Assembly (NCBI GenBank): GCA_001643675.2
Contig: LSRY02000005.1
Coordinates: 1,860,001 to 1,924,000 of the forward strand
Direction: 5' to 3'
Length of the DNA: 64,000 nucleotides
Source of the DNA: Monocercomonoides exilis PA203
Taxonomy: Eukaryota > Protista > Preaxostyla
The notes under the pieces are model-generated. The model worked only from the letters and a program-made list of their open reading frames with translations. It had not been told where the DNA came from and did no database searches. Of the stretch, positions 22,087 to 35,396 are shown piece after piece; position 1 is the stretch's first letter; the number at the start of each line of letters is the position of its first letter. The translations under genes were made by a program, and so were the position numbers.

Positions 22087-25000
22087 ATGGTTTGAATTTC
22101 TTTAACAAGCTTATCCAATAAAACTAACAATTTCCCCCTTTTCCTTCTTTTAATCAATGCTATACTTTCAACATTTTTGTTGATATTCAATTTTTATTAT
22201 TTTAGTCGGTAGTTCCGGTGCAATCGTTCCGACAGCAGTCGCTATTGGGCTTTTGTTCTGTTGCAAATTGTTATGAATTGTTTGGACGAAGAGAATATTA
22301 AATTTATTTTCGAATTTACATTTTTTTTTTCATTTTTAAGGAATTCATCTTCACAACCAAAATATCGCGGTAATGTTTTTGTAATACTCGAAAATAATGT
22401 TTCCACCCATGCCCATTTATTCTCTGTTTCTCAAGAAGTTTCTGGGAAGCGTGAATATCTTGTTGCTATTGAAGTTAACGCACCTTTTTTCAATCCAATG
22501 GTATACAATCCTTTTTATTAAACAGAAATAACTTTCAAAAATTTTATTTGCTATAATTTTAATTTTTTTGAAGCTTCAAGACGAAACAACAGTAATGTTT
22601 CGAGATCTTCAAGGAACAATATGGTCATTAACTTTTCGAAATCAAATGGAAGTTAATTATTTAATGGAGAACATCACAAAAATAAAAGGACAGTCAATTC
22701 AATTACCCACACATTCAAAAGGATATGAGCCTGCAGCTCCTTCTCAATTTCCCGCTTCCCAATCTTTTTTTGCTGGTCATCAGTCATTTCAACAACAGAG
22801 TTCTGCTTCAAAAGTATTTGCATCAAACGAATCTTTGCAAATGTATGCTCAGCAAAGGCCGTTCACATATTCACAAGCTGCTTCTTTCGGACAATCGCTG
22901 GCAGAAGGCGCCAAACAAAGAGAAGTTGGGCTGAGTGGCGAGTTTCTGTCTTCATTCCCCGAGGCAGCAGCAGTGTATGGCAGCTCACAGTTTCCATCGT
23001 TTTCACCAAACTTCCGCAATTACGCTGCCTTTTTCTCGATGCTTCGCGGCGAAGGCGACAAAGGCGCTGACGGAGAGCGCGAATGGGAGCGTGAGTGGGA
23101 GCGGGAGCGGGGGATGGAAAGGGAAAGGGAGCGGGGTGGGAGAGAAAGAAGCAGCAGGCTTCGTGTTGGAGGAGGAGAAAGAGGAGGAGGAATTGGAAGT
23201 GGCAGCGGAGTCAGCAGCATCGGGTACGACACGGGGCTGCGCGATCGGAGGACGCACTACGATGCGCGGCAGGTGTTTGTGCCGCCGTTCATCTACACGC
23301 CACACATCCGCCTTGAATCGTCTGCTGCACCTGCTGCTCCTCCCTTTGCGATACCCTTTGCACCACTCACCGACCAATCAGACGACCGCCTCTCTTTCTC
23401 GCTGGACGAGGTGCTGAAATGGCCTCGTGTGTGCTCTTTGCACAGGATGCAGCCTGAAAAGCACTGGAAATCGATCTGCTCGTCGTCTGCAGTGCTGAAG
23501 GAGGCGGCAGAGAAGGAAGGAGTGAGCCTCCGCCCAGCGCTGCTGTTGAAGGCGCTGGCGGAGCTGGTGGATGTGGCGGAGCTGGTGGAGTGTGCGATTA
23601 CAGAGAAACAGGAAGGGCAAGTGAATGAAGGCGCTTCAGATTTGACTCGGAATAAGTCTCCATCTTGGTGTGATTTGAATTTGGCTTCAGAAGGAAATGC
23701 ATCGTCAGCTTCTTTGCCTCATTCATTGTCATCATCATCATCACCACCATCATCTTCTTCTTCTTCGACTTCATTGTCAGAAACAAACTGTGAAGGATCA
23801 ACACAAACAACTACTTTCACTCCTGCTACAGATTCAGAGCAACCAAATACATCTGGTTCAATTTCAACTTCATCATCATCAGCATCATCATCAGCAGCAG
23901 CACCAGAAGAAAGCACATCTTCTTCAGCACATCCCAACTCTTTCTTAACTCCTTCACTTTCTCTTTCACATTCTCCTTCTCCTTCGCCTTCTCCTTCTTC
24001 ATCTCTTTCTCCTTCTCCACAACACCCAAATCAACAACAACCACATCAATCCCAGCAGCAACAGCAACAACAACCTTCCCAGCAACAACAACAGCCAAAC
24101 TTCTACTGCCAGCACCCTCCCTCAGCCTACGGGCTGAGCTGCCCCCTTTTCCCTCTGAAAGGGCAGGACGGGATCGGCTCTGATGTGAGGTCACACAAGA
24201 CGAACGTCGCACTAATAGCTTCCACGTTGACTCAGTCTTTTGTGTCCCCCGTGGTGAGGCTGATGCGCTTTGTGGATGTGAGCCGGCTGGGCAGGGCGTG
24301 CAGAGGAGGGTACTGCTTGAGAGTGCTTGGGGACGGGTTTGGCGCATCGGGTGTGTTTGGCGAGGTGAGGAGGAGGTGCGAACAGGAGGAAAACAGAGAA
24401 GAAAACAGAGAAGAAAGAGAAGAATGTGTGAAGAAGATGGCAGTGAGGCTGAGGAAGTTGAATGAAAATGGAAAGTTTGGCGTGGATGAGACAGGGCAAA
24501 CGACGAATGAAGCAGGAAAAGATGAAAAAAGCTCAAAATTTGGAGGAAGCAAAGCGAAAACAGAGCCGCCGTCGATTCTGAGCACTGCTGACACACTTTC
24601 AACAGGCTCTTCTGTGTCAAACGCACAGGGCATTCAGAACAGCAAGTTAATTTACACTTCTTCTTCTACTACTACTTCTTCTTCTGTATCAACATCTGAT
24701 TCTCAAACTTCTCCTTCAAAAGATCGTTCTTCATTTAAATTATCATCTTCCTCTTCTTCTTCCTCTTCTTCTTCCTCTTCCTCTTCCTCTTCTCAGCAAT
24801 CAACAAACCCACAGTTTCCAGACAGCGTCTTGCACAAAGCCATCCACGCCACTCCGTTTGTGCCAAGAGGAGTAGCTTCATTAGTCGCACCTCATTCATC
24901 AGCCAATACTAATTCTGCTTCTTTAACTTCTTCTTCTGCTTCTGCTTCTTCTTCTTCTTCTTCAATAACATCATCTTCATCATCATCTTCTCCTTCATCT

Positions 25001-25297
25001 GCATTGACACAAGAGATAATTCCCTCTATGTTGAATGTACAGTCAATACAGAGGCAGACTTCGAGTGGTTCGCAATCATCATCGAATGGCCCAGCAAATA
25101 CATCTGCCATTTCCTCTTCTTCATCAACTTTGCCAACTTTGCCAACTTTGCCAACTTTCTCATCATCATCAACATTATCTTCTTCTTCTTTAGATGCTCT
25201 TCATAACATTTCACCTTCTTCTTCTTCTTCTTCCTCCGTCATCACCTCAAACAAAACACTTTCTCTTCCATCATCATCATCATCATCATCATCAACT

Positions 25298-25329
<32 letters not shown>

Positions 25330-25522
25330 TTCATTCTCAAACACCTCCACACCACACACAGCCATATCGCCCCAGCATATGATAGATCTTTCTCAATCAT
25401 CCACAATAACTCAGTCTTCTTCTTCTTCTCTTCACATTTCACAGGGTGCTTTGCCTTCAACAGCTTCTGCTATTCTTCAGCAGCAGCAGCATCAAGGAAA
25501 CAAGAATAATAACAATACAACC

Positions 25523-25558
<36 letters not shown>

Positions 25559-28500
25559 TCTTCTTCACAAATGCCTCCATTTCCTGTTTATTCCAGCGCC
25601 CTCAGCGATTACCCCTTCTCTTTTCCCTTTGGAATGCGTCCATTGAACCAACCTCAACTCTCTCAAACAAACAACAACAGCAACAGCAATACTAACAATA
25701 ATATTCTGTCTGAACAAAACAGCCTTTCGAATCCTTCTTCTTCTTCTTCTTCTTCTTCTTTCTCCTCCTCCTCCTCCTCTTCTTCTTTCTCCTCTTCTTC
25801 TACTTCCTTGCCGTCTTCTTCTCTTGTTCCCATCCCCTTCTCGCTGTATTCACAGCCTCCCTCTTCATTCACTCACCTTCAGACACCCAATGAACAGCAA
25901 GTCATTCACAGGAATGCCAATCTGCAGATGCAAGAGACAGGGCAAATGGCAAGCCAGCTTCAGCTTCAATTAAATCAACAGAACAGTCAACTGAATAACC
26001 AGCTAAGTCAACAAAATCAACAAAATCAACAAAACATGCAAAACATGCAAAACATTCAAAACCAGCAAAATCTACTTAATCCAATGCAACTCATGCAAAA
26101 TTCACGGCAATTTCAATCTCTTCAAGCAGGACAGCTTCTTTCTCCTCGTCTAAGCCATTCTGTGTTGGGTGATTTGGATGAGACAGGCCACTCATTCAGC
26201 ATCTTTGGAAAGCACAGGAGAGAATTCACAGCCGATTCCTATCTGTTTGAAGCAATGTCCCCGTCTTCGCATGCTTCTTCTTCTTCTTCTCTTTCTTCTC
26301 TCTGCACTCCTTCCTCTTCTTCCTCTTCATCCTCCTCTTCTTCTACTTCCATGTCCACATCCAACTTCTCCATCTCCACCAACCACACAGGAATCACCTC
26401 TCCTGTTTCCCCTTCTTCCACTTCATCTTCTTCAGGCACCTCCCTCTCTCGCTCTGCCTCCCCTTTCTCTTCGTTAGAGCCAGAATCTTCTCTTCTTCTC
26501 ACACCCGACGCCTTCCAAACACTCCACTCAAAGGCATCGATTGCTTCGGGGTTTTCACGGCGTTCGCTTCGAAGAAGAGCAGCGCCTTCAACGCGATCGA
26601 TTGATAACAGGAAGGAGAGGAGGAGGAGGAGGATGAAGAGGAAGAGGAAGAGTCTGAGGAAGGGAGAGAGAACGAGGAAGAGGAGAGAAGAAAGAGATAG
26701 AAACAAAGAGGAGAATTGCACGAGCAATGAGAAGAGCCAGGAAAGGAGCGGAGGAAGCACAGGAATGAGTGCAGATGAAGGAAATGAGGATGCTGAGGAT
26801 GTTGAGGAAGATGAAGAAGAGGAAGACGAAGAGGAAAAAGAGGATGATGAATCAGAAGAAAGCGAGGAGACGAGTACAACAGACACAGAAACAGACACAA
26901 GTTCATCAGTTTCACACACTCCAAGCAGAACGATCAGCCAAACCACAGAAAAATCTCCGTCTTTCACAGTTTTTGCAGACATTGCGGAGAAATTGCGACG
27001 CTCTTCGGAGAAATTAAAGGAGGGGAAAGCGGAGGAAATGAAGGGATTCCAGCCGGAGAAATTACGTTCTTCCTTCCCGTTTGAGATCGGAAATGAAAAT
27101 AGAAATGAAGAAGAAGAAGAAGGCAGAGAACTATCCAGAGGAAGAAGTGATTCAAACAGAAGACGAGAAGAAAGAGAGGAAAGAGAGGAAAGAGAAGAAC
27201 GGGGCATTTCAACCCCGAATGTGGACAACTACAACCACTCGAGCTCCACCAAGACGCTTCCGCTGTATGCGCTTGTCTCGCGAAAGGATGCCTCTCCATC
27301 AGCAGCAGAGGCAATGACCGCTTCTCCGCTGCCTTCACCCACGTCACTCACAGTACAGAACATGCCTCTCTCAACCAGCGACAGGATCAGCTCATCTGAA
27401 AAGCACAAGGGAAACAATGATAATATCAATGAAATGTCTCCGGTTTCTGCGTATTTTGTGCCACATCAGCACAGCTTCTCCTACGTCACCTCACTCCATT
27501 CTATTCCTCTGACAGCTCCGCAGCCGAAGCACCTGCCTCCGACGCCTCCTTTTTGTGGGTCGCCAACATCGTATTCACCGCTGCTTCATTCACATTTGGG
27601 AATATCTTTTGAGTCGCTGGATGTGGGCAGCACAAAAGACAGAGGAGAAAGTGATGATGAAACGTCATCATCGTCAAGTGAGTTTGAGGGAATTTCTGGG
27701 AGTGCGAACGGGAAACCAGCAGTGGTCAAAGGAGAAAGAGAAAGAGAAGGAGAAAAAGAAGGAAGCGGAGTAGATGGAACAGGTGTTGGAGATGTAATGA
27801 ATGCAAATGCAGAACAAGAGAGCAACGGAAGCGGGAGCAGAAGAAGCAGCCAGCAAAACTACCGTGGCAGTCTGTCTGTTCCGTTCAAGACACTTCCGCC
27901 GAAGCAAACACGCTCTCATCAACAAGCACAACACATACAACCACATCAGCGCCAAAGCCAAAGTCAGGACACAAACAGCCTTCCTTTGAATGAAGCAAGA
28001 GAATCACAAGAAATCACGCTTGTCCCGAGAAAAGATTCCCTCGAGTCTGAAAAGTGGCAAATGGCGCATTCGCACCACAGCTCGTCTTCTGTTGCGAAGA
28101 AGCTGAATGCGACAGCCGAGTCTCCAGCATCGATTGAATCGCTGAGATCGATGTCACCTTTCTCACACGCGTCAAGCAAGTCAAACTCATCTGCCTCGCA
28201 TTCGCATTCGGAGTCTCCGTTGCATTCACACACGAGATCTCATTCACATTCTCACACACCGTCTCATGCACACTCACACTCACGCTCACACTCTCATTCT
28301 CACTCACAGTCACAATCTCAATCACAGTCTCAGTCTCAGCCGCAATCGCTTTCTCAATCACAGGCAAGCTCACTGGCCTCTTCTGTGACTGTTACACAAA
28401 CAGCAGCAGCTGCAGTTGGTTTGCCATTTGCAGCTGCCCAACCACAGCCAAGTGGAATGGCTGATGCTTCGCTCGCTCCAAACTCATCTTTGTGTATTCC

Positions 28501-31500
28501 ATCGGCTGATCCTGTGAATGGAAATGCACTTTATTTCACTAACGTATCAAGTGTTGCTGTGAACGCTGAGCCGTCACTTGAAATTGCAAGTTACAGCTTG
28601 CAATTGCAATACCATCCGACAGATGAAAACTTTGCTCCTGCAAATGAAGTGACAGCTTCCTCATCTGTTTCATCATCATCATCATCAACATCAACAACAT
28701 CATCCGTTTCTTCAAACAGCCCCTCCTCCGCCAAGAAGAACGCCCACAAGCGCACACGCTCCATGATCAACGTGATTGACCACAAGCAGCGCATGGAAGA
28801 TGCCAAGCGCTTGTTTGCATTGTATTTCTCTCGGGACGATAACGACGCTGAGTGGGTGCGGATGAAAAAGGAGAAGAGCCTTTCATTTGGAAGGTTTGAA
28901 GACAATGCACCGCTTCCACCTTCGCAAAGCACACGGTCAGAGTCAGCCGTGCTGGGGAGATACGAAGACTGCTATCAGAACGAGCAGAGGAAGTATGAAG
29001 CGAAGGAAGGAATGGAAGGAGTGGGAGGGGTGGAAGGTGATGAAGGAGTAGAATACGATGAGGAAATAGAAAGAACAGTAACTGTAGAGACAGAATCGCA
29101 GATGTCGCTGTCGCTTTCAGGGGAGCCTTCGAATGAGTCGAACCAACAGCGCATTGATTCGAAAGAGCAATCAGTCAACTTCATTCATTTGTCCACTCAT
29201 CCCCCCTCAAGTGCATTTGATGTGAAACGCAACATTCTCACTGTCTCAACTTCTGTCCCTGCTATCCAGCCAGCCATCGTCCAGCGGCCTTCTTCTCTGT
29301 TTCCTCCTCTGGCAAAGGCGACTCAGGCGCAACAGGCGGAGCATCAGGATGTGCTCAGAGTGGATGCAGAGAAGCAGATGTATTCGGCACTTTATCCGCC
29401 TCCTGACAGTTCATCTGCACCAAACTTGGGTGTTGTTGCTGCTGGTGTTTCTAATCAAGGATCATCATCATCTTCTTCTTCTTCTTCTAATGCTGCTCCT
29501 TCACTACATTTTGGAATGGCAAATGAATTGCATGATCCTTCTATCAGAAATAATAACATAGACATCTCAAAAGCAACAACTACAACTCAAACGCAGCTGG
29601 CTTCTTCTGCTCCACGATCTCATCTTTCTCCAACAATTTCTCCGTCTTTTTCTCCGGCTGCCGAGTCTTCCACACCCAAAACACTTCCTTTCCACAGCTT
29701 TCTCTCAACCGCTCCTTCTACACCTTCCTCTGCGCGTCATCTGCATTCCAACCGCCGATCAACAGAACAGGCAAGCGGAGCAGCTCAGCCACACAAGTTC
29801 CACCGCATCTCCTCATTTAACGAGTCAACCGCACCTTTCAAGGCCAAATCCCATCTTTCCAACAACACAACCTCACATCCGCTTCCCTTTGGCTCACTTT
29901 CTGTCTCAATGTCTCCTTCTCCCTCACCTTCTCTTTCTCCCACGTCTTTGACTGTTTGCTCGCTTTCTCCACCAGCCAGTGTTTATGCGCCTCCCAAGCG
30001 ATCTCGATCAACTGTTGCGCCCAGCACTGCCCCCACTCATCACTACCCTCTCCATTACTCTGTGTATGATTCAGACTTCTTGTCGACTTTTAGTAATGCA
30101 GCTTCTGCTTCTGCTTCAAACTCGAATTTGAATTCTTCTTCTCCTTCCTCGTCTCCCTCTTCCTCTTCCTCTTCCTCTTCTTCTTCTTCATCAAACGCTT
30201 CACTCTCTGCTTCGCCAGACATCGCATATCACTCCTCCTCCAAGCTGGCCACATCGCCCCATCACTTTGACAGAAACATTCATTCTGCTCTTTCTCCTCT
30301 GCGCAACAATCACTTCAAGAACTTCAATAACAACAACAACATCAACAGTAACTTCATTTCCACTCAGAATTCCCCTGCTCATTATCCTCTCCCGCCCCGC
30401 TCCTTTGAGGAAGAGCAGAGTGCTTACAGACCGTCTGCCGAAGCACGTGCACTGCTTCGTCCTCGCCACATGCCAACACTTTCGTTTCCAGCTGCAAGTA
30501 ATTTCCGCAAAGTTGTCTTGCCTTCTTCGACATCTCCTCCACCTCCTTCCTCTGCTTCCTCTGCTTCTTCTGGCTATCCGACTCTGAAAGGTGCATCTGT
30601 CACTTCTTCTTCCTCATCATCTGCATACAACTTCCAGAATATGGCAGCACGAACAACAAGTCCATTGTTAACACAGAATAATGATGACAACAATAACAAT
30701 AACAATAACAGCATCAACAAAATAGGAGCAGACATTTCATTGAACATCAGCGAAACTCATGATGAACTGCGCCTCACGAACCAGAACCAGAACCAGAGCC
30801 AGCTTGCCGATCTTTCACCTTCTGCGAACAGGCTCTTTGCCACATTCAATTCTCCCTCGCCCAGCCTCCATGCCTCCTACTCCCCCTCACTCGAAGACAT
30901 CGCACCAGCATCGCCCTGGCTACACTCACCAATCTTGAACTACTGCCAATCTTCATCTTCGCTTGCCACATCCCCCACAATCTCCTCCTCTTCTTCATCT
31001 GTCGCCTGCTCGCCTACCTCTGCCATCTCTGGCTACACCTCCTCCATCTCCAACTCCCACTCCACCCCGTCTGACCGCACTTACTCTCTCGTCCCTCGCC
31101 CAGCGTTTCCTGAAGGAGAATCTATTTCTCCGTTCGGATTTGTCTCCACCACCCCAATTTCTCCGTCGTCTGCGTTTGGCGAGCAGCACTCCCCCTTTTC
31201 CTCTCTTCCAGTGGGGATGAACCGCTATGTGCAGTCTTCAGGCTCTATTCGCTCTTCTTTCCCGCTCTCTCCACCTCCGACATCACCTGCGCAATCAAGC
31301 AATTCCCGCCCTTCCTCTCCACTTGTTGCATCACCTGGGGCTTTTGACGCTCATATGCCGTCTTTTGTTTCTTCATCTAGCGCCTCGACTTTTGCTCCTA
31401 TTTCATCAGCTTCGACTACCTCTTCAGTATTCCTTTCATCTTCTTCCACACCTTCTTCTTCTTCTTCCTCTTCGTCCTCATCTTCTTCATCTTCCTCTTC

Positions 31501-32776
31501 CTCTTCATCTGTAGCAAACACCCCAAATTCATCATTTTCTTTCACATCCGCTTCAGCATTCTACAACTCCTCTCAAAATTTCTCTGTAATTCCTCCATCA
31601 AACTCTTCCTCTTCCTCTTCCTCTTCTTACACCTCCTCTTCATTTTCCTCGTCTTCTTCCTCTTTGTATTCCCCATCCTATTCCCCTCCCTCCCCCACCC
31701 CCTCCGACACACTCACTGCCAGCAGCACATTCACCTCCACCTCTTCTGTTGCATCGTCTCTTGTGCCCACTCAAGGAATCCACTTCGCCGATGCCCAGCA
31801 CAACATGTTCTTCTCTATGGACCCTCTCACACCGCTGCCGAACTCACCATCACATACACACAGTCGGTCTGTCTCCTCATTCACGAATTCATATCTGAGG
31901 CGGTCAACAGTGTCAAATGGATTGGTTGCAAACTCCACGAACTCGCTTGCTTCCACGTTAGGTTCAATGCGAATCACACATCCACACCAGCCCCAGACGC
32001 ACGTGCTACAGTTACAGCAACAGCAACAGCAGCAGCAGTCACTCGCACAGATGCTGCGTGGATCAGAAGCCCCATCTCCAAACACGCACCTGTCGACAGC
32101 AGCTGGAGTGTACATGCTTCAGAGTGCTTCGCTTGCTGCAGCGCAATCTGCTTGCTCCACGATGCCTTCGTCTCCACGTTCATCCACATTCAGTCAGAAT
32201 ACAAACAGTTCATTCGATGCAAATGTTCCTTTTTTGTCGCTGGCGTCTGAATCAACTGCAAATGCTCCAATTGTTCCATCTTCATCATCATTGTCATCAT
32301 CGTCTTTATCTTCGTTGAATTCTGAGGGTGAGAAGGATGGACAAGCAAATGAAACACAAAACAGCATTTTGGAGAATAGAAATGAGAGCAGAGGAGATGA
32401 CACAAACCGAATGGAGCTGTCGCTGGTGGATGTGCTGGACTCGTTGGAGTCATCAAAACCACTCGAAAAATTACATGTTTCTCCATAAGACAGATATGCA
32501 AGTGAAACTAATTCATCTTCCTATAACCCTTGCTTGCAAGCATTTCTAACGTTGGTGAAGGAAGAAAATGTTATAAGTGATTCCGTGCAGCATCAAAATG
32601 AATTAGTTGATGCTTCGAATCAACTGCAATCATCGTCAGCATTTGCTGCGCAAAGCAGATCAAATAAAAGCTCATCAGCTGGAACAGTGGAAGAAAATGA
32701 TGAAAATTCCATTAGAGGAACAGAATACATTCGAAAGCGAATGGAAGCTCAGGCCAATGCTGTTCAACAAGAATGA
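22087..32776 (+). CDS. Giant (about 3450 aa) Ser/Gln/Pro-rich disordered protein with N-terminal PH/WH1-like (FKBP15 N-terminal-like) domain
   Basis: Exons 22087-22089 (ATG only), 22206-22279, 22341-22500, 22574-32476, 32561-32776, all frame-consistent; last intron has CTAAC near the AG. N-terminus VANCYEL..KYRGNVFVIL..HLFSVSQ..LVAIEV..TVMFRDLQGTIWSLTFRNQMEVNYLM. The rest is mostly low complexity. Confidence 0.75.
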
Positions 32777-33064
32777 ATACTATCTACGTTGAATACTGTG
32801 TTGTTATAGCCATGTTATATTTTAGAAGAGCACCACCTTCTTTTTTGTTGTTGTTTTTTTTATCGTTTTATAAGTTTCTTGAAATTTTTTGTTAATTTTT
32901 TAAACTTTAATTGTGCTTTTATAATGCTTTAATTTTCATTTAGATGGAATGTTTTAATCGAATGAGTGAATGCAATTTCGTTTGATAATTAAACATTTTA
33001 AATTGGTTCTGTGAAAATTTTCTTTTTTATCCTTTTTATTTTCTTTTTGTTAAACAACAAATAT

Positions 33065-33889
33065 TTATATGATGTTGTAACATTCAATGAAAATATCATT
33101 CCCCACTTTTGCTGTGTTCGAAGTGAATTTCATTCCCGCAAATGTGAAATTAAGAAACCCTGTTTCCTTTGTTGCCAAATACACTCCTCCTCCTCTTCCT
33201 GTGCTGTTGTTGCAGCTGCAATGACTGATTGCCGAGTCAATCATCTTCATTGATCCAGATGCACTCAATGTGAAGAATATTGCTCCTCCTTTTTCACCCA
33301 ATTCTGCTTTGCCTTCTGTGATGTTGCTCTCATTGATAACCAAACAAATCTTATTCTCACTCTTTGATTCCAAAATGCTCGCTCCATTGTCACTTCTCTT
33401 CACTCCTGAAAATGATGATTTGTCAATTTGAAGGTTTATCCCTCCTTCACCCACTTCATTTATCTTCAATCCTGCTTCAGATTTCTTGATTGCCAAAATG
33501 CATCCTCCACTTTCATTCAACGATTTCACATGAACATTCTCCAAATGGCAAGAAACTCCAGCGTCATGAATGACAAATATGCTGTTTCCAACATTGCATG
33601 ATTCCATCGACAAATCATTCACATCCACACTGCATCCAATTGCATCCACAAACACACAATCAAATCCATTGTTCACTTCTGCCTCTGAATAAAATGAACA
33701 TCCAGTAATTACCAAATCTCCATAAATATTTGAAATAATTGTTTTGGCTGAGTTGTCAAATCCTGATGTTTATTGGAGTTGGATATTTGTCAATTCAAAA
33801 TGAATATCATTTCCCATGAAATATTCCACTTGACTTCCAATTGCCTTTTCAAAATTCAATATTGCTTTTGCATCCTCCTCCTTTGTTTC
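33065..33889 (-). pseudogene. Internal fragment of a large beta-helix surface-protein family gene
   Basis: GEKGGAIFFTL, GRGGGVYL and FTSNTAKVGNDIFIEC motifs. In-frame TAA near 33770. Truncated at both ends and abuts a transposase fragment. Confidence 0.65.
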
Positions 33890-34326
33890 AATCTATCACT
33901 GCTATTACTTCAATCTCAATGAACGGAATGGGATACACAGAAGTGGTTCGAGGAGCAATAAACCACGAACTATTTGAAGCGTATTTGAAAAGATTCTTGC
34001 TATCCATAAAATCATTTGAATCTTCAGTTATTGTCATGGACAATGCGTCGATTCATCATGTGAATACTGATGAAATTATTTTTCAGTCTGGACACAAAGT
34101 TCTGTTTAATGCTGCTTACTCCCCTGATCTAAATCCAATCGAAAACATTTTTGGAATCTGGAAAGCCAAAGTTGAAGAAAACTCGTTGAAATGGGAAGAT
34201 GAGTCTCATTTTATATCAACAATGCTTCAAACTTTTCAGAAAATTTCAGCACGCGAAGTTAGAAAAACAATCATGCATGTGGAAAACGATGTGGGGCCTT
34301 TGGTTTTGGAAAAAAAGGATTTGTAA
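33890..34326 (+). pseudogene. Tc1/IS630-family (DDE_3) transposase, C-terminal fragment
   Basis: VIVMDNASIH...FNAAYSPDLNPIENIFGIWK. The first catalytic Asp and the HTH are missing. Confidence 0.85.
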
Positions 34327-35103
34327 TGTTTAACTCACAATCTTTGACTTTTTTCATTTCAACCAGTTTAAACATTTTCTATATTCACTAATAAAATAAA
34401 AGAAAAATTAATAATCATGAATAGTCTTTGTTTTGTTTTAAAGTTAAAAAAAATCGATTGAATTAAAAATGAAAATGATAAAAAAGTTTATATGTTTCAT
34501 ATTTCTCTATTTATAAATCGAAATAAAGTCAGACATATTCCAATGATAAAATATTCAAACAATAATTGTGAATGTGAATATTCTCTAAAAAATAAAGTAA
34601 TTCTTGAATAAAAATCATGAATGCAAAATATACACTCTAATTGCAAATTTCCTTATGTAGATAAATAAAGTTGAACATAAAATATTTGATTCCGAACCTT
34701 CAAGTCAATGTTGATACAAAGGGATGGTTAAAATAAAATAGATGAAAGCTCATTCCACGCTTAGGAAGTTTGAAACAAAACATAATATCAATTTGATAAC
34801 TTCCTGTTCTTAAAAACTGAAGGTTATTGTAAGATTAAGAAATAAAAAATAGAAACACAATCTAACATTAATCACAAAAGAACAATCAAAATGAAACGCA
34901 AACGTGAATGCAACGTGTGTATTTTCATTTATTGTATCTCAAATGTCAATCATTTTAAAGAAACAATTAAAAAGAAACCAGTTTGAAAACACTTCTTCTT
35001 TTGTTTTTAACCTCTATTAATAATGGCTCTGCAATAATTTTTTAACTTTCCGGTATGATCAACATTATTTTTGGACAGATCAACATTTATTACGGACAGA
35101 CTG
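33890..35103 (+). mobile_element. 5'-truncated Tc1/IS630-like DNA transposon with right terminus
   Basis: DDE_3 fragment followed by 21-bp tandem subterminal repeats (35057-35077, 35078-35098) and terminus GACAGACTG|TA, which reads TA|CAGTCTGTCC on the minus strand. Confidence 0.7.
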
Positions 35104-35396
35104 TAAGTTTAATCAACACACTTTTCATATTTTATTAATTGTTTTGAATATATAAGGAAAAGTCAGAAGTCAGAAATTAAGATCATATTACTATTCCTAA
35201 TCTCTGATGGGGGGGGGGGGGGGGGTTAGCTCCTCCATCTCTGATTAGTGCCTCCCCTGAGGAGATTAGGTTATAGCAACGGGGCTGACTAAGTTAGAAT
35301 TTGATTGAATTTTTTTTTTTTTTGATTTTTTTTTCATTTCAAAAAAAATTATTTTTAAAAATAAAAAAATGATCATAACCAAAAAATTTTTTGAAA

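Noticed and set aside
26239-27228. 329-aa minus-strand ORF and similar ORFs inside the giant gene
   Set aside because: Antisense read-through of low-complexity codons.
35057-35098. Direct repeats as a CRISPR-like array
   Set aside because: Only two adjacent units with no spacers, in a eukaryotic context; explained as transposon subterminal repeats.
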